Source of the DNA: an archaeon
Lineage (GTDB): Archaea > Nanobdellota > Nanobdellia > Woesearchaeales > GW2011-AR9
Assembly: GCA_023265925.1 (NCBI GenBank)
Contig: JAHFSD010000002.1
Location: 2,569 to 66,568, forward strand
Length of the DNA: 64,000 nucleotides
Reading direction: 5' to 3'
A model generated the notes under the pieces. That model saw only the letters and a list, made by a program, of their open reading frames with translations. It did not search any database and was not told the DNA's origin. Both the position numbers and the translations under genes were made by a program. This document shows, one piece after another, positions 10,227-19,965 of this stretch (position 1 is the first letter of the stretch; every line of letters begins with the position of its first letter).

Positions 10227-11238
10227 CGCTAAACAGCGAGTTCTCATTACCGGGGGAGCAGGCTATGTTGGTTCAGTGTTAGTCCCTTTACTTGTCAATA
10301 AAGGATATCCCGTCACGGTACTGGACACTTTTTGGTTTTGGGATTCACCGCAGCAGTATCAAGAGACTATTGGGTTAAGCAACGCTGCATTATTACGCCT
10401 TGTCCAGGGAGATCTCCGCAACAAGGAAGATATCCGTCAAGCCCTGACAGAAGTAGAAAGTGTCATTCATCTGGCCTGTATTTCTAATGATCCCAGTTCA
10501 GATTTAGATGCGGGGTTTACGCATGCGGTGAATTATACCGGTTCGCTGAATGTTATTGATCTTGCTAAGGAAAAAGGTGTGAAACGGTTCATCTATGCTT
10601 CATCCAGCAGTGTCTATGGAATTAAAAGTGAACCAAATGTTACGGAGGATCTCCCTTTAGAACCGTTGACGCAGTATTCCAAGTTAAAAGTAGAAGTGGA
10701 ACATTATCTCCTGCATCGGCTGGATGATGATTTTAAAGGGGTCATTATTCGTCCTTCCACGGTCTGCGGCTATTCTCCCCGGCAACGGCTCGATGTGGTG
10801 GTAAATCTTTTGACCAATTTAGCCCTGAACAAAGGAAAAATTAAAGTGATGGGTGGAAACCAATTGCGCCCAAATATTCACATGAAAGATATGGTGCGAT
10901 TGTATGAGCTGTTGCTGGAAGTGCCCATCGATAAAATCAACAAAAAAATTTACAATGCCGGCTACGAGAATCGAACGGTGCTGGAACTTGCCCTGCTGGT
11001 TAAAGAGGTGATGGGCAAGGTCACCATGGAGGTTGAAGAAACTACTGATCTTCGGTCTTATCATGTTTGTTCTGATAAAATCAGGCAGGAAATTGGCTTT
11101 GCGTCAGAGCATACGGTGAAGGGGGCGATTATGGAGCTGAAAGAAGCTTTTGAACAGGGTAAAATTAAAAATAGTGATGATGAGAATAATTTTAACGTGA
11201 AGAGGATGAAAACGTTGTTGGAACGAAGGGAAACATGA
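10219..11238 (+). CDS. NAD-dependent NDP-sugar epimerase/dehydratase
   Basis: TGGAGYVG, ASSSSVYG, YSKLK. Confidence 0.92.
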   Translation: MSNAKQRVLITGGAGYVGSVLVPLLVNKGYPVTVLDTFWFWDSPQQYQETIGLSNAALLRLVQGDLRNKEDIRQALTEVESVIHLACISNDPSSDLDAGFTHAVNYTGSLNVIDLAKEKGVKRFIYASSSSVYGIKSEPNVTEDLPLEPLTQYSKLKVEVEHYLLHRLDDDFKGVIIRPSTVCGYSPRQRLDVVVNLLTNLALNKGKIKVMGGNQLRPNIHMKDMVRLYELLLEVPIDKINKKIYNAGYENRTVLELALLVKEVMGKVTMEVEETTDLRSYHVCSDKIRQEIGFASEHTVKGAIMELKEAFEQGKIKNSDDENNFNVKRMKTLLERRET

Positions 11239-11246
11239 TGCAATTA

Positions 11247-12872
11247 CTATTTCTTCACCAGCTCATACGCCCAGTGGGCAACGCGTTCCGACGATTTCCC
11301 ATCGATGATCGTACAGAACTCTTTCACCATCTTCTGCCTTTCTTTACGCAGCAGGGAGGGGTTGCCGAGCAACTTTTTGATAGCAGGCCGGAGTGATTCT
11401 CTCTCCCAGACGTACAGGGAAGGATCAAAGCCGCCATATTTGCCACTCTTCTTTTGATTGTAGGGGAAGGTGATGGAAGGAACGTCTAAAATCGATGCCT
11501 CCAGCACGCCGGCGGTGGCAAAGAAATTTATCACCACCTTTGCCTCTGCAAGCAGGCGGTAAAGAAGGTTCAGTTCTCCTTTCTGCCGGATGGAGATTCT
11601 TCTGCTCTTAATCTTTCCCCCTTCCAGACGCTGAGCGAGCTCTTGATATCTCTTTATGCCTTTCTCTCGGGGATGTAATTTTATGGTAATGCTGGTCCCG
11701 GGAATGGCCAGTATTTCTTTCAGAACCGTTTCAACCATCTTAAAATAGGCCTTCGTGGAGATTAAATTGTCTTCGATCAGCGGCTGAGTGAGCAGAAGAA
11801 GGTTTTGCCCCGGAGCTGTCTTTGTTCGCTGTTTTACCACCTGATATTTTACAATATTATCATACATGGCAGGACCAGTAACACGAAACTGCTTTTCTGA
11901 TAGGCCTGATTTGATGAAAGTATCTGCTGTTTTCTTGTTGAAGATCGGAAGATACATGTTATCAAGCACGTCCTGGGGTGGAAGATTTCCGATAGCATAT
12001 CCATGTGGCACGAGCATACAGGGAATTCCTTGAGTTTTAGAAGCAGCGGCCAGACAGCGCTCTAACAGGCCATTCTGGCCGGAAATGAAAGTAATGGCGA
12101 CATTCTCTTCTTCAATGATTTTTTTACCGGCTTCATAGTACATCAGTGTGATGAAGAGAAACTCCTTCGACATGAACAAAGAAAAAGCCGGAGAGAGATA
12201 AGGCCATAGCTTATGGTTGTTAACTTTCAAACCCCCGGCGATCATGGCGGTATCCAATTGCTTCCACTGCCCCACAATCTGGGCGGCCTGCTGCTCTGCC
12301 TTGAGTTTAATTTCCTCGTCACAATAGTGGTAGATGGTGCAAAAATCAGGATAATTACTAGAAAAATCCTGCAGGCTTTTTTTGTTTAGGGAGGACAGTG
12401 GTGTCACAAAAAGAGGAAATGGTTCCAGCAGGGCGTCCTGGTGCAGCACATCAATGATACTTTGAATACGATAAAGTTGATTCTCCTCACTAAGATGATC
12501 AGGATAGGTTAAGAAAATGGCTTTTGGCGTATCGGTCTGTCCATGGTGGGCGGAGGTATATTTTTTCCCCCTCTTTGTTGATTGCCGGAAGGCTGCGTTC
12601 ACTTTCCTTCGTTCATTAAAGAGAAGGTATTTCTTTATTACTAACGAGGACAGCTGTAACTGGAGCTGTCGGAGAGGAGTTAGTTCCTTGGCTTCGAGCA
12701 GCTCTTCATAGGTGTTCAGCGGCCGGGGCAGGACATGTTTCAGCAGGTAGCGCTTATAAAACCAGAAGAGGGGGATACTATCTACCTGGAACAGCTCATC
12801 GAAGGATTTTCCATTCGATAATTTTCTGCTGCTAAACACCTTCTGCAACCAGCCTTGGATGAAATCTTCCAT
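11247..12872 (-). CDS. Surface-glycan biosynthesis protein, GT-B-like, possibly a nonulosonate transferase; start uncertain
   Basis: VPHG, VTGPAMYD, IKLHPRE, LEASILDVP and DGKSSERV resemble CDP-glycerol/sialyl-type transferase C-termini. Confidence 0.6.
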   Translation of the reverse strand: MEDFIQGWLQKVFSSRKLSNGKSFDELFQVDSIPLFWFYKRYLLKHVLPRPLNTYEELLEAKELTPLRQLQLQLSSLVIKKYLLFNERRKVNAAFRQSTKRGKKYTSAHHGQTDTPKAIFLTYPDHLSEENQLYRIQSIIDVLHQDALLEPFPLFVTPLSSLNKKSLQDFSSNYPDFCTIYHYCDEEIKLKAEQQAAQIVGQWKQLDTAMIAGGLKVNNHKLWPYLSPAFSLFMSKEFLFITLMYYEAGKKIIEEENVAITFISGQNGLLERCLAAASKTQGIPCMLVPHGYAIGNLPPQDVLDNMYLPIFNKKTADTFIKSGLSEKQFRVTGPAMYDNIVKYQVVKQRTKTAPGQNLLLLTQPLIEDNLISTKAYFKMVETVLKEILAIPGTSITIKLHPREKGIKRYQELAQRLEGGKIKSRRISIRQKGELNLLYRLLAEAKVVINFFATAGVLEASILDVPSITFPYNQKKSGKYGGFDPSLYVWERESLRPAIKKLLGNPSLLRKERQKMVKEFCTIIDGKSSERVAHWAYELVKK

Positions 12873-12962
12873 CTCGTTCAGGGGTGGTTGCCATGCATTA
12901 AATTTATAAACCTTGTCAAACCCTAATCTCACAGAACAGGAGCGCTGCGGGAGTACTGAAAT

Positions 12963-13156
12963 TAAAAATCCCAATCACAGCACACGAGCAACTGCGGTTG
13001 CTGGGGTTGCTTATCAGCAACAGCTGTGGTGATTTTTAGTGCAAGACGGGATAGTTTTCCCGTCTGCACAGAAAACAAATCGCTGTTTGTTTTCTTGTGT
13101 TTGTTGGGGAATTTATGCTTTTCACTGCAAGCAGTGGGGTTTTAGACCCAACAAAC
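12963..13156 (+). ncRNA. Candidate structured RNA or hairpin element between divergent genes
   Basis: Three-way junction followed by three further hairpins; G-U pairs favour the + strand. Confidence 0.45.
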
Positions 13157-13217
13157 AAATAAAAAACAATGGAAAAGAAAGTCCCGTAATCTAAATTAAT
13201 CAGAATCAAAAATAACC

Positions 13218-13802
13218 ATGACCAAAGATATCATCGTTGAATACCATCAGGGAAGATGCATTGGTGCACAGAAATGTATTGAAGCTGCACCAGCTTACTT
13301 CTCTTTTGATGGGGAAAAAGCCGTCTTGTTGCTTTCTCAGCAGGAAAATGGTAGCAGCGTTCTCCGCCTGCGGATGAATGAAGAACAGCTTTTGCGGATC
13401 AGGAAAGCAGCGGAATTGTGCCCGGTGAATGCCATTAAAGTAGCCGACGCCGAAGGCAACATTCTCGTTTCCGATACGGTCGAAGTTCAGCAGCAGGGAT
13501 TACGGGAAATCACCGCAGAATACGATGACTTGAAAGAATTTGTTATGGATAAAAAAGGATATTTTCTCATCCGCATTGACCAAAGCACCAACAAAATTGA
13601 AGTGGCCTTTTGCCCCGAATTAAACAAAATCGTGGTCAAAGTAACCGGCAGGAAGCCGTTAGAGATTTACCAGACCATTATTAAGCAGGGCCTGATCTCA
13701 AGGTTAGATCATGCTGCCTACCTTGGCCGGGAATTGCAAAAGGCCTACATTGCTTTGCAGAAGAATATCCTTTATGTACAAGATGATGAGCTTGTTCTTT
13801 AA
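13218..13802 (+). CDS. Ferredoxin-DUF4346 fusion
   Basis: CIGAQKC...CPVNAI, then MDKKGYFLI...SRLDHAAYLGRELQKA...YVQD. Confidence 0.8.
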   Translation: MTKDIIVEYHQGRCIGAQKCIEAAPAYFSFDGEKAVLLLSQQENGSSVLRLRMNEEQLLRIRKAAELCPVNAIKVADAEGNILVSDTVEVQQQGLREITAEYDDLKEFVMDKKGYFLIRIDQSTNKIEVAFCPELNKIVVKVTGRKPLEIYQTIIKQGLISRLDHAAYLGRELQKAYIALQKNILYVQDDELVL

Positions 13803-13826
13803 TATGCCGGATGATGAGCTTAATCT

Positions 13827-15620
13827 TTAGGCCGTGATCATTTGAGCAGTCTGGTCGACGATGGCCTTTTCCACCTGAATAGCCTGGTCCACACTGATCT
13901 TTCCTCCCTGAACTATCACCTGGACAGCTCCATTGTCCTGCCCATTTCCAGAAACCTCTTTCTTTCCACCAAGGTTACTCTTCTGCCGTGATTCTTTATC
14001 ATAGCGGCGCGCTCCCCTAAACTTGTAATCGCCTTCCAGGTACAGCCGACGATACCCTTCAATAATCTGGTTAGCTTCTTCCAAATCACCTCCAGCATTA
14101 CGAAAATGATGAAAGACAAGCTCTTTGTTTGCCTCAAAAAGCATCTCATTACATTCCTGGTCGGAAAAGCGTGTGAAATTAAATGTTATTAGGTCTGAAT
14201 TCCTGAACTTCTTAAAGAAATCATCCGGTCCTGAGATGATACCTTTCTCTATCGCCTGGTAATATAATGGTGATCCCGGATAAGGAGTAGGCGGTCTGAT
14301 GGTGCGCACCTGATCAAAACGGGTATAGGTTTTAATGGCTTTCACATTCTTCCAAAGAGTTTCTTTTGTATCTTTTTCGAAACCCCAGATAAAGTTAAGT
14401 CCCATGCCGATCTCCACTTTATTTGCTACTTGGAGCGCTTTGAGGTTATCCTCCGCCGTCACCCTCTTGTTCATCTCATCGAGAACAGTTTGATCAACAC
14501 TCTCAAAGCCGATATTGACAAACAAGCATCCGGCCTTTTTTAAGGATAAAGCGACCTCTTCATCGAATAGCGGCGCCCGGGAATTACAGCACCACTTAAC
14601 ATTCAAATTATTTTCTTTGAGCAGCCGTTCAAATTCAAAAACTCTGTTCCGGGGAAAGGTTGATAATTCTTCCAGGAAGTGAAAATAAGTTATACCATAT
14701 TTTGCGGTCAGGTATTTCATCTCTTTAATGATCTCATTCAGGTTGCGCAGGCGCAGGCCTTTCTCGATTCGGTAACAGAAACTGCAGGTATCAGTGCACC
14801 CCCGATTAGCGATGATCGCACAGGTTTTTTCATCACTATCCATCCCCGCCATTCGCCAGCTTTGCGTATAGCTTTCCATGGGAAAGAGGTCCCAGGCAGG
14901 CCAGGGCAGCGAGTCTAAATCACGAAAGACTGGGCGGCGGGGATTTACCTTGACCTGATCACTTTCCCAATAAGTAATTCCTTTGATCTCGCTCAAGCGG
15001 CGCTTGCCCAGTTTGGCATCCATAACTTCAACAATACTGTGCTCAGCTTCTCCCATCAACACCAAATCAGCTCTTGTCCGCTGCAGCATATATTCTGGAA
15101 TGGGCGTTGGACCAGGGCCGCCCAGGAAAAACCAGGCATTTTTTTTGTATTTGTTCACGGATTCGCACAAGCCAACAATGGTTTCTTCAAATCGGGCCGG
15201 CATGAATCCTGCCCCGATAAGGTCATATTCGCTGTTCAAAAGCTTCTTCTCCAGTTGGGCATTAGTGTAATGGAAGACGTCCATGCAGTACACTTCAACG
15301 CTATAGCCTGCTGTTTGCAGCATGGCTGCCAGGTAGCCATAAGCCAGAGGAAAGACATTAAAATCCTGATAAACATCATGGATTATGAGGAGGACGTTTT
15401 TCTTCCAGGGATGGTTGATTTCAATACCTGTTGAAATTGAAGGAATAATTCCCGTTGAAGAACTACCGGCTAAAGAATCGCCTCCTAAAGAATTACCAGT
15501 TAAAGAATCACTTTCTAAAGAATTACCAGCTAAAGAAATACGTGCTGAAGATTGAGCTGAATTTCCATTCATTTCACCATTCCCTCCAACTGTAGGTATA
15601 GGTAAACTATCCACCATCAT
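13827..15620 (-). CDS. Cobalamin-binding radical SAM protein with a low-complexity N-terminus
   Basis: FPLAYGYLAA, LGGPGPT, NRGCTDTCSFC, PYPGSPLY. Confidence 0.9.
   Translation of the reverse strand: MMVDSLPIPTVGGNGEMNGNSAQSSARISLAGNSLESDSLTGNSLGGDSLAGSSSTGIIPSISTGIEINHPWKKNVLLIIHDVYQDFNVFPLAYGYLAAMLQTAGYSVEVYCMDVFHYTNAQLEKKLLNSEYDLIGAGFMPARFEETIVGLCESVNKYKKNAWFFLGGPGPTPIPEYMLQRTRADLVLMGEAEHSIVEVMDAKLGKRRLSEIKGITYWESDQVKVNPRRPVFRDLDSLPWPAWDLFPMESYTQSWRMAGMDSDEKTCAIIANRGCTDTCSFCYRIEKGLRLRNLNEIIKEMKYLTAKYGITYFHFLEELSTFPRNRVFEFERLLKENNLNVKWCCNSRAPLFDEEVALSLKKAGCLFVNIGFESVDQTVLDEMNKRVTAEDNLKALQVANKVEIGMGLNFIWGFEKDTKETLWKNVKAIKTYTRFDQVRTIRPPTPYPGSPLYYQAIEKGIISGPDDFFKKFRNSDLITFNFTRFSDQECNEMLFEANKELVFHHFRNAGGDLEEANQIIEGYRRLYLEGDYKFRGARRYDKESRQKSNLGGKKEVSGNGQDNGAVQVIVQGGKISVDQAIQVEKAIVDQTAQMITA
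15466..15538 (-). repeat. In-frame 15-nt tandem repeat encoding SLxxx five times
   Basis: taaagaa recurs every 15 nt; encodes SLAGN SLESD SLTGN SLGGD SLAGS. Confidence 0.85.
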
Positions 15621-15656
15621 TCCACCTCATTGTTCCATCTCAGAGCACCTTTTGCT

Positions 15657-15908
15657 CTAGAGCACCTCTTTATTTGCTTCATCGAATATTTTAATTACCT
15701 TCACCGGGCAGCTCCGTGCTGCTTCCTGATTTTTGGGAAGATCATTCTCATCGATTTCCCTTTCCCAGATATCATTACCTGTCAGCGTGGCACCCACCAG
15801 ATCTGCTTTGTCATCACTATCCATCTGCCAGAATTTTTCGGCAACGATAGTGCAGGCCGCTACCCCGGTACAGTTAGCCCGATCATAGACCACTTTATAT
15901 TTTGTCAT
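15657..15908 (-). CDS. Ferredoxin, probably [3Fe-4S] type
   Basis: CTGVAAC lacks the second Cys; distal SCPV. Confidence 0.85.
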   Translation of the reverse strand: MTKYKVVYDRANCTGVAACTIVAEKFWQMDSDDKADLVGATLTGNDIWEREIDENDLPKNQEAARSCPVKVIKIFDEANKEVL

Positions 15909-16030
15909 ACCTCAAACCATCATCTGAAGCAGTACATAAGCATATCCTTTTAAAAACTTTCCGGACGAAGTAAGGAAAGTCACGAACTCCAGTGAGTATA
16001 CTTTCCAAAAGGAAAACCTTTAATTAACAT

Positions 16031-17107
16031 TTACTGTCCCCCGCTTTGTAATGAATATACTGCAGAATAAATCTTTTCTATTTCCTTTCCTACCTTTGGT
16101 ACGGCGAACCTGGCCGCTTGGCCTAATCCTTTCTTTACTTTAAGAACATCAGGATGCTGTAATCTCTCCACTATTTTCTCCACCAGCTCTTGGGCATCCC
16201 CGGCCTTGACAAAATCAACACCGCCTTCGGCGATCTCACGCAGCTCTGGTAAATCTGCAGTGACGACAGGAGTTCCGCAGGCCATTGCTTCCAGCAGGCA
16301 TGATGGATTCCCATCCGTGCCGCGCAAATTCAGGTAAGGAAGCGCTACTACATCTGCAAGATTAACATAATCTTCAATTGCTACATCCTTGGTGATGAAT
16401 TGTACCTGAGCTTCGATCTGCTGCTCATTCACTAGATCAACCCAAGGCTGGATTCTTCCATGTCGTGGGAGAAAGAGAAATTGTACGTTGGAATAGCGGG
16501 CCACGATTTGCGGAATAACGGAGATTAAGAGAGCTACGCCTTTGTTCTCGGACAGTGCGCCATAATACAGAATAACTTTGCTCTGCCGGTAGCCACGCTT
16601 TTTTTTAAGATCTTCTTTTTTTTTTGGATAGAACTTTCTGGTATCAATCGGAGAATGGACGACGTGTACCTTGTTGTTGAAGGATAGTGTTTGAGCAAAG
16701 GTTGTCGTTGGGACTGTAATAGCATCCGCAAAGCGGAGGAAGTGATAGCCCAGTTGCCTGAACACGTTTTGTCGATGAGACTTGCTTCGTGGGTAAGACT
16801 TCAGGGAATGGACTAATTTTCCCGGTGCCCAAAGATGAGGCAGGATAAATAGAGGTGAGGCACTAAAACTATGTACAATATCAATTTTTTTTTCTCGATG
16901 CAATTGTCGCAGCAATAAAGGTATCCCTAACATAGGACTTCGGTAAACAGAAAAGCCCTGAATTTCCTCCTGACATTTTGGGCCATTCAGAATTATTCTT
17001 AGGTCATGTCCTTGCTCTTTCAATTCTTCCGCCAGCAGAAAGAGAGTAATCCGTGCTGACTCTTTTCTATTTTTCAGGGCACCGCTGGAAGATAAAACGA
17101 GGTTCAT
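16031..17107 (-). CDS. Glycosyltransferase family 4
   Basis: YYGALSENKG, LLEAMACGTPVV. Confidence 0.9.
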   Translation of the reverse strand: MNLVLSSSGALKNRKESARITLFLLAEELKEQGHDLRIILNGPKCQEEIQGFSVYRSPMLGIPLLLRQLHREKKIDIVHSFSASPLFILPHLWAPGKLVHSLKSYPRSKSHRQNVFRQLGYHFLRFADAITVPTTTFAQTLSFNNKVHVVHSPIDTRKFYPKKKEDLKKKRGYRQSKVILYYGALSENKGVALLISVIPQIVARYSNVQFLFLPRHGRIQPWVDLVNEQQIEAQVQFITKDVAIEDYVNLADVVALPYLNLRGTDGNPSCLLEAMACGTPVVTADLPELREIAEGGVDFVKAGDAQELVEKIVERLQHPDVLKVKKGLGQAARFAVPKVGKEIEKIYSAVYSLQSGGQ

Positions 17108-17195
17108 ACTATTTACCTATTCTTTCACTGAAGATAATTATTTGTCTAGCATCATCAGGCCAAATGAGTCTCTTCTTTCACCAGAGACGACTACT

Positions 17196-18581
17196 TTACC
17201 TCCTGTTCTGATCTCCATACCACCGGTCATTATAATAAACACTGTCGGCGTGATCCTGAAAAAAACCTTGGGAAAAGGCCTGGGCTGTTTCTACGATCCC
17301 CTGCTGGAGAGTCACTTGGGCAGTAAAACCCAGCAAATGCTGAATCTTAATAAAATCAACACGATAATTCCTTAAATCCACTTCTTTATTCTGATACACC
17401 AGTGATGCGGAGGGAACAACTTCTTTCACGAGATTGGCAATTTGATTGATGGTGAAATTATTTTCGTTGGAGCCGACGTTAAATACCTCTCCGCCAACCT
17501 GTGCAAGCGGTGCCTCTAACACCAGGATGACTGCTCTCGCTACATCGGAGACATGAACATTGGGGCGCCATTGTTCCCCGCCAAAGAGAGTGATTTGATG
17601 GTCACGTACTGCTTTCATCGTCAGTGTATTCACCACCAAATCAAAACGCATTCGGGGAGATACCCCGAAAACGGTTGCGAGGCGTAAGATTGTCGGGCTG
17701 AAAAATCCGTCCGCCATATTGAGCAAGGCCCGCTCGGACTCAATTTTCATCCGGGCATACAGGGAAACTGGATTAACTGGTGATTTCTCCGTCAACAGTG
17801 GGAAATCTTCACCAGCGCCATAGACGCTGCAGGAAGAAGCGTAAATGAAGCGGTTAATTTGAAAATGCTTGCAGACGCTGGCGATGAGCGCGGTTGATAA
17901 ATAATTCATCTGCTGGGTTTTTTCCGGATCTAAAGCGCAAGCCGGGTCACCCACAATCTCCGCCAGGTGAACCACGACGTCAACATCTTTGATGGCAGTA
18001 ATGACCGTCCCTAAATGGCCAGTATCCCCTTCCACCAAGATGAAGGAGGGATGCGTTTGGACCGCCTGCAAGGAGGCAGCGCCAAAAATAAGTTTGTCCA
18101 AAACTTTCACGGCATAGCCTTTTTCCAGCAATTGACGCACCAGGACCGAACCGATGTAGCCTGCCCCCCCTACCACCAGAATGCGCTTATGAAAATTTAC
18201 CTTAGGCGTAAAGAGTGAAGACGGACTTTGAAGAAGGCGTTGGATCTCATCCGTTACCAAGAGATCCACGGCCCGACCGGCCGGATCAATTACCGGAATA
18301 TGCCGGTAAGACCGCTTGCTGGTCAAAGCGACAATCTGCTCCGGCTTATACAACTGGGGAACGGCGGTGAACGAAGAGTTCATAATATTCATTATCGGCA
18401 AGTCCAAAGCAACGCCAGCAAGGATAGCCCGGCGGATATCACCATCAGTAACAATACCCTGCAGGATTTGATCATCGCCAGCCACCAAAGCTACTCCCTG
18501 ACCATTCTGGTCAATTTTCTGGATAACCTGCCGTAACGTAAAACCTGGCTCCACCAAGAATTTCCGTAAATCCTTCTTCAT
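17196..18581 (-). CDS. CBS-pair + NAD-dependent epimerase/dehydratase fusion
   Basis: GIVTDGDIRRA and HIPVID (CBS); VGGAGYIG, ASSCSVYG, YARMK. Confidence 0.88.
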   Translation of the reverse strand: MKKDLRKFLVEPGFTLRQVIQKIDQNGQGVALVAGDDQILQGIVTDGDIRRAILAGVALDLPIMNIMNSSFTAVPQLYKPEQIVALTSKRSYRHIPVIDPAGRAVDLLVTDEIQRLLQSPSSLFTPKVNFHKRILVVGGAGYIGSVLVRQLLEKGYAVKVLDKLIFGAASLQAVQTHPSFILVEGDTGHLGTVITAIKDVDVVVHLAEIVGDPACALDPEKTQQMNYLSTALIASVCKHFQINRFIYASSCSVYGAGEDFPLLTEKSPVNPVSLYARMKIESERALLNMADGFFSPTILRLATVFGVSPRMRFDLVVNTLTMKAVRDHQITLFGGEQWRPNVHVSDVARAVILVLEAPLAQVGGEVFNVGSNENNFTINQIANLVKEVVPSASLVYQNKEVDLRNYRVDFIKIQHLLGFTAQVTLQQGIVETAQAFSQGFFQDHADSVYYNDRWYGDQNRR

Positions 18582-18582
18582 T

Positions 18583-19725
18583 CTACAACACCAGTTTATA
18601 TTTTTGTTGCCGGCTTTGAATTACTTTTATCGCTTCCGTAATTTGCTGTACTTCTTCTTTCGTCATGTGGGAATAAAGCGGCAGGCTTAACACTTTTTGA
18701 GCAATCTCTTCCGTTAACTGCAGCTTATCATTATAACCATCTTTATATTTGTGGTAGGTCTTCTGCAGATGTAACGGCGGATTAAAAAATTTCTTGGTCT
18801 GAATACCTTGTTGCTGTAATTCCTCTGCCAGCAGATCCCGGGTCAGGCCAAACTGTTCCGGATCAATGAGCAACGAAAAATCCTTGTAGGTTGTCCTGAG
18901 TAACGGATCAATCTGCTGGAAGCGTATGCCGGGAACACCGACCAGCAGCTCTTTGTACTTTTTTACGGACTCATTCCTCCGAGCGATATTATGTTCCAGC
19001 ATCGCCAGCGATTTCAATCCCAGCAACGCATTGAATTCTCCCATCCGTGCACTCAGGCCGGGAAATTCACAATCATAATTACCCGGATTACCGTAGTTTC
19101 TTCCGATACGTACGCTCCGTGCCAATTCATCGTTGTTCGTGGCAACGATGCCGCCCTCAACTGCTACCAACAACTTAGTGGGCGAGCAACTGAAGATCTC
19201 TGCATCGCCAAACGTGCCAACCATCTGTGAGCCTACTTTGGAGCCCAGAGCATGGGCTGCATCGAAAATGAGTTTGAGCTGGTGCTCCTGAGCAATCTGT
19301 TGCAGTTCTTCTACCGGAGCAGGACAGCCAAAGATATGCACCGCAAGTATGGCTGAGGTGTGGGGTGTAATGGCTTCTCTCACTTTTGTGGGGTCGATGA
19401 TAAAGCTATCTGGGTCTATTTCTACGAAGCGGGGAGTAAGACCGTTCCAGAGCAGGACATGTCCTGTGGCCGAGAACGTAAAGCTGGGAACAATAACCTC
19501 TCCGGTTAACCCGAGGGCTCTCAGGACGAGCATCATCCCGGAAGTGCAGGATGAAACGGCAATAGCATGTTTAACCCCCAAATAATTCTGCAGCTCCCGT
19601 TCCAATTTTTTTACCTGTTCATGGTTCGTGATCATGCCACTAGCAAAAAAAGCTTTAAATTCTTGCTCAAAATCCTCCCATAGTGGTAAAGTTGGTTTGG
19701 TTATAGGAATCATAAATTGAACCAT
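18583..19725 (-). CDS. DegT-family sugar aminotransferase
   Basis: VSSCTSG, DAAHALG, SCSPTKLL. Confidence 0.92.
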   Translation of the reverse strand: MVQFMIPITKPTLPLWEDFEQEFKAFFASGMITNHEQVKKLERELQNYLGVKHAIAVSSCTSGMMLVLRALGLTGEVIVPSFTFSATGHVLLWNGLTPRFVEIDPDSFIIDPTKVREAITPHTSAILAVHIFGCPAPVEELQQIAQEHQLKLIFDAAHALGSKVGSQMVGTFGDAEIFSCSPTKLLVAVEGGIVATNNDELARSVRIGRNYGNPGNYDCEFPGLSARMGEFNALLGLKSLAMLEHNIARRNESVKKYKELLVGVPGIRFQQIDPLLRTTYKDFSLLIDPEQFGLTRDLLAEELQQQGIQTKKFFNPPLHLQKTYHKYKDGYNDKLQLTEEIAQKVLSLPLYSHMTKEEVQQITEAIKVIQSRQQKYKLVL

Positions 19726-19834
19726 CTCTTTTCTTGATTATAGGGATAAGCAGGAGTAAGTAAGAGCGAGGGTTTCCGAAACGTTCCCGGGAAAAAGCAC
19801 TTTTTAAATGTTGTTAATTAAAAATCCAGGTTTA

Positions 19835-19913
19835 CCCGACTTTTGCGTTTTATACCAACAGACATAAATAACCATGCCGGAATGATTTTTCTCCCGGGAA
19901 CGCAAAAATGTGA
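19835..19913. mobile_element. Degenerate MITE, family B
   Basis: 19837-19854 cgacttttgcgttttata is the exact reverse complement of 45466-45483; the other end resembles the opposite TIR. Confidence 0.65.
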
Positions 19914-19965
19914 CAAAAATGTGAGTTTAATAAGACTTATAAAGTCACTATCAAGTTTTAGAAGT

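Noticed and set aside
12873..12974. N-terminal extension of the 575-aa ORF; likewise 47912-48052 for pcm and 19843-19965
   Set aside because: These extensions cross TATA-like boxes and hairpin elements; downstream ATGs fit better.
12963..13156. tRNA, SRP RNA or cobalamin riboswitch
   Set aside because: No T-loop/CCA cloverleaf, SRP helix 8 motif or convincing B12 box could be identified by eye.
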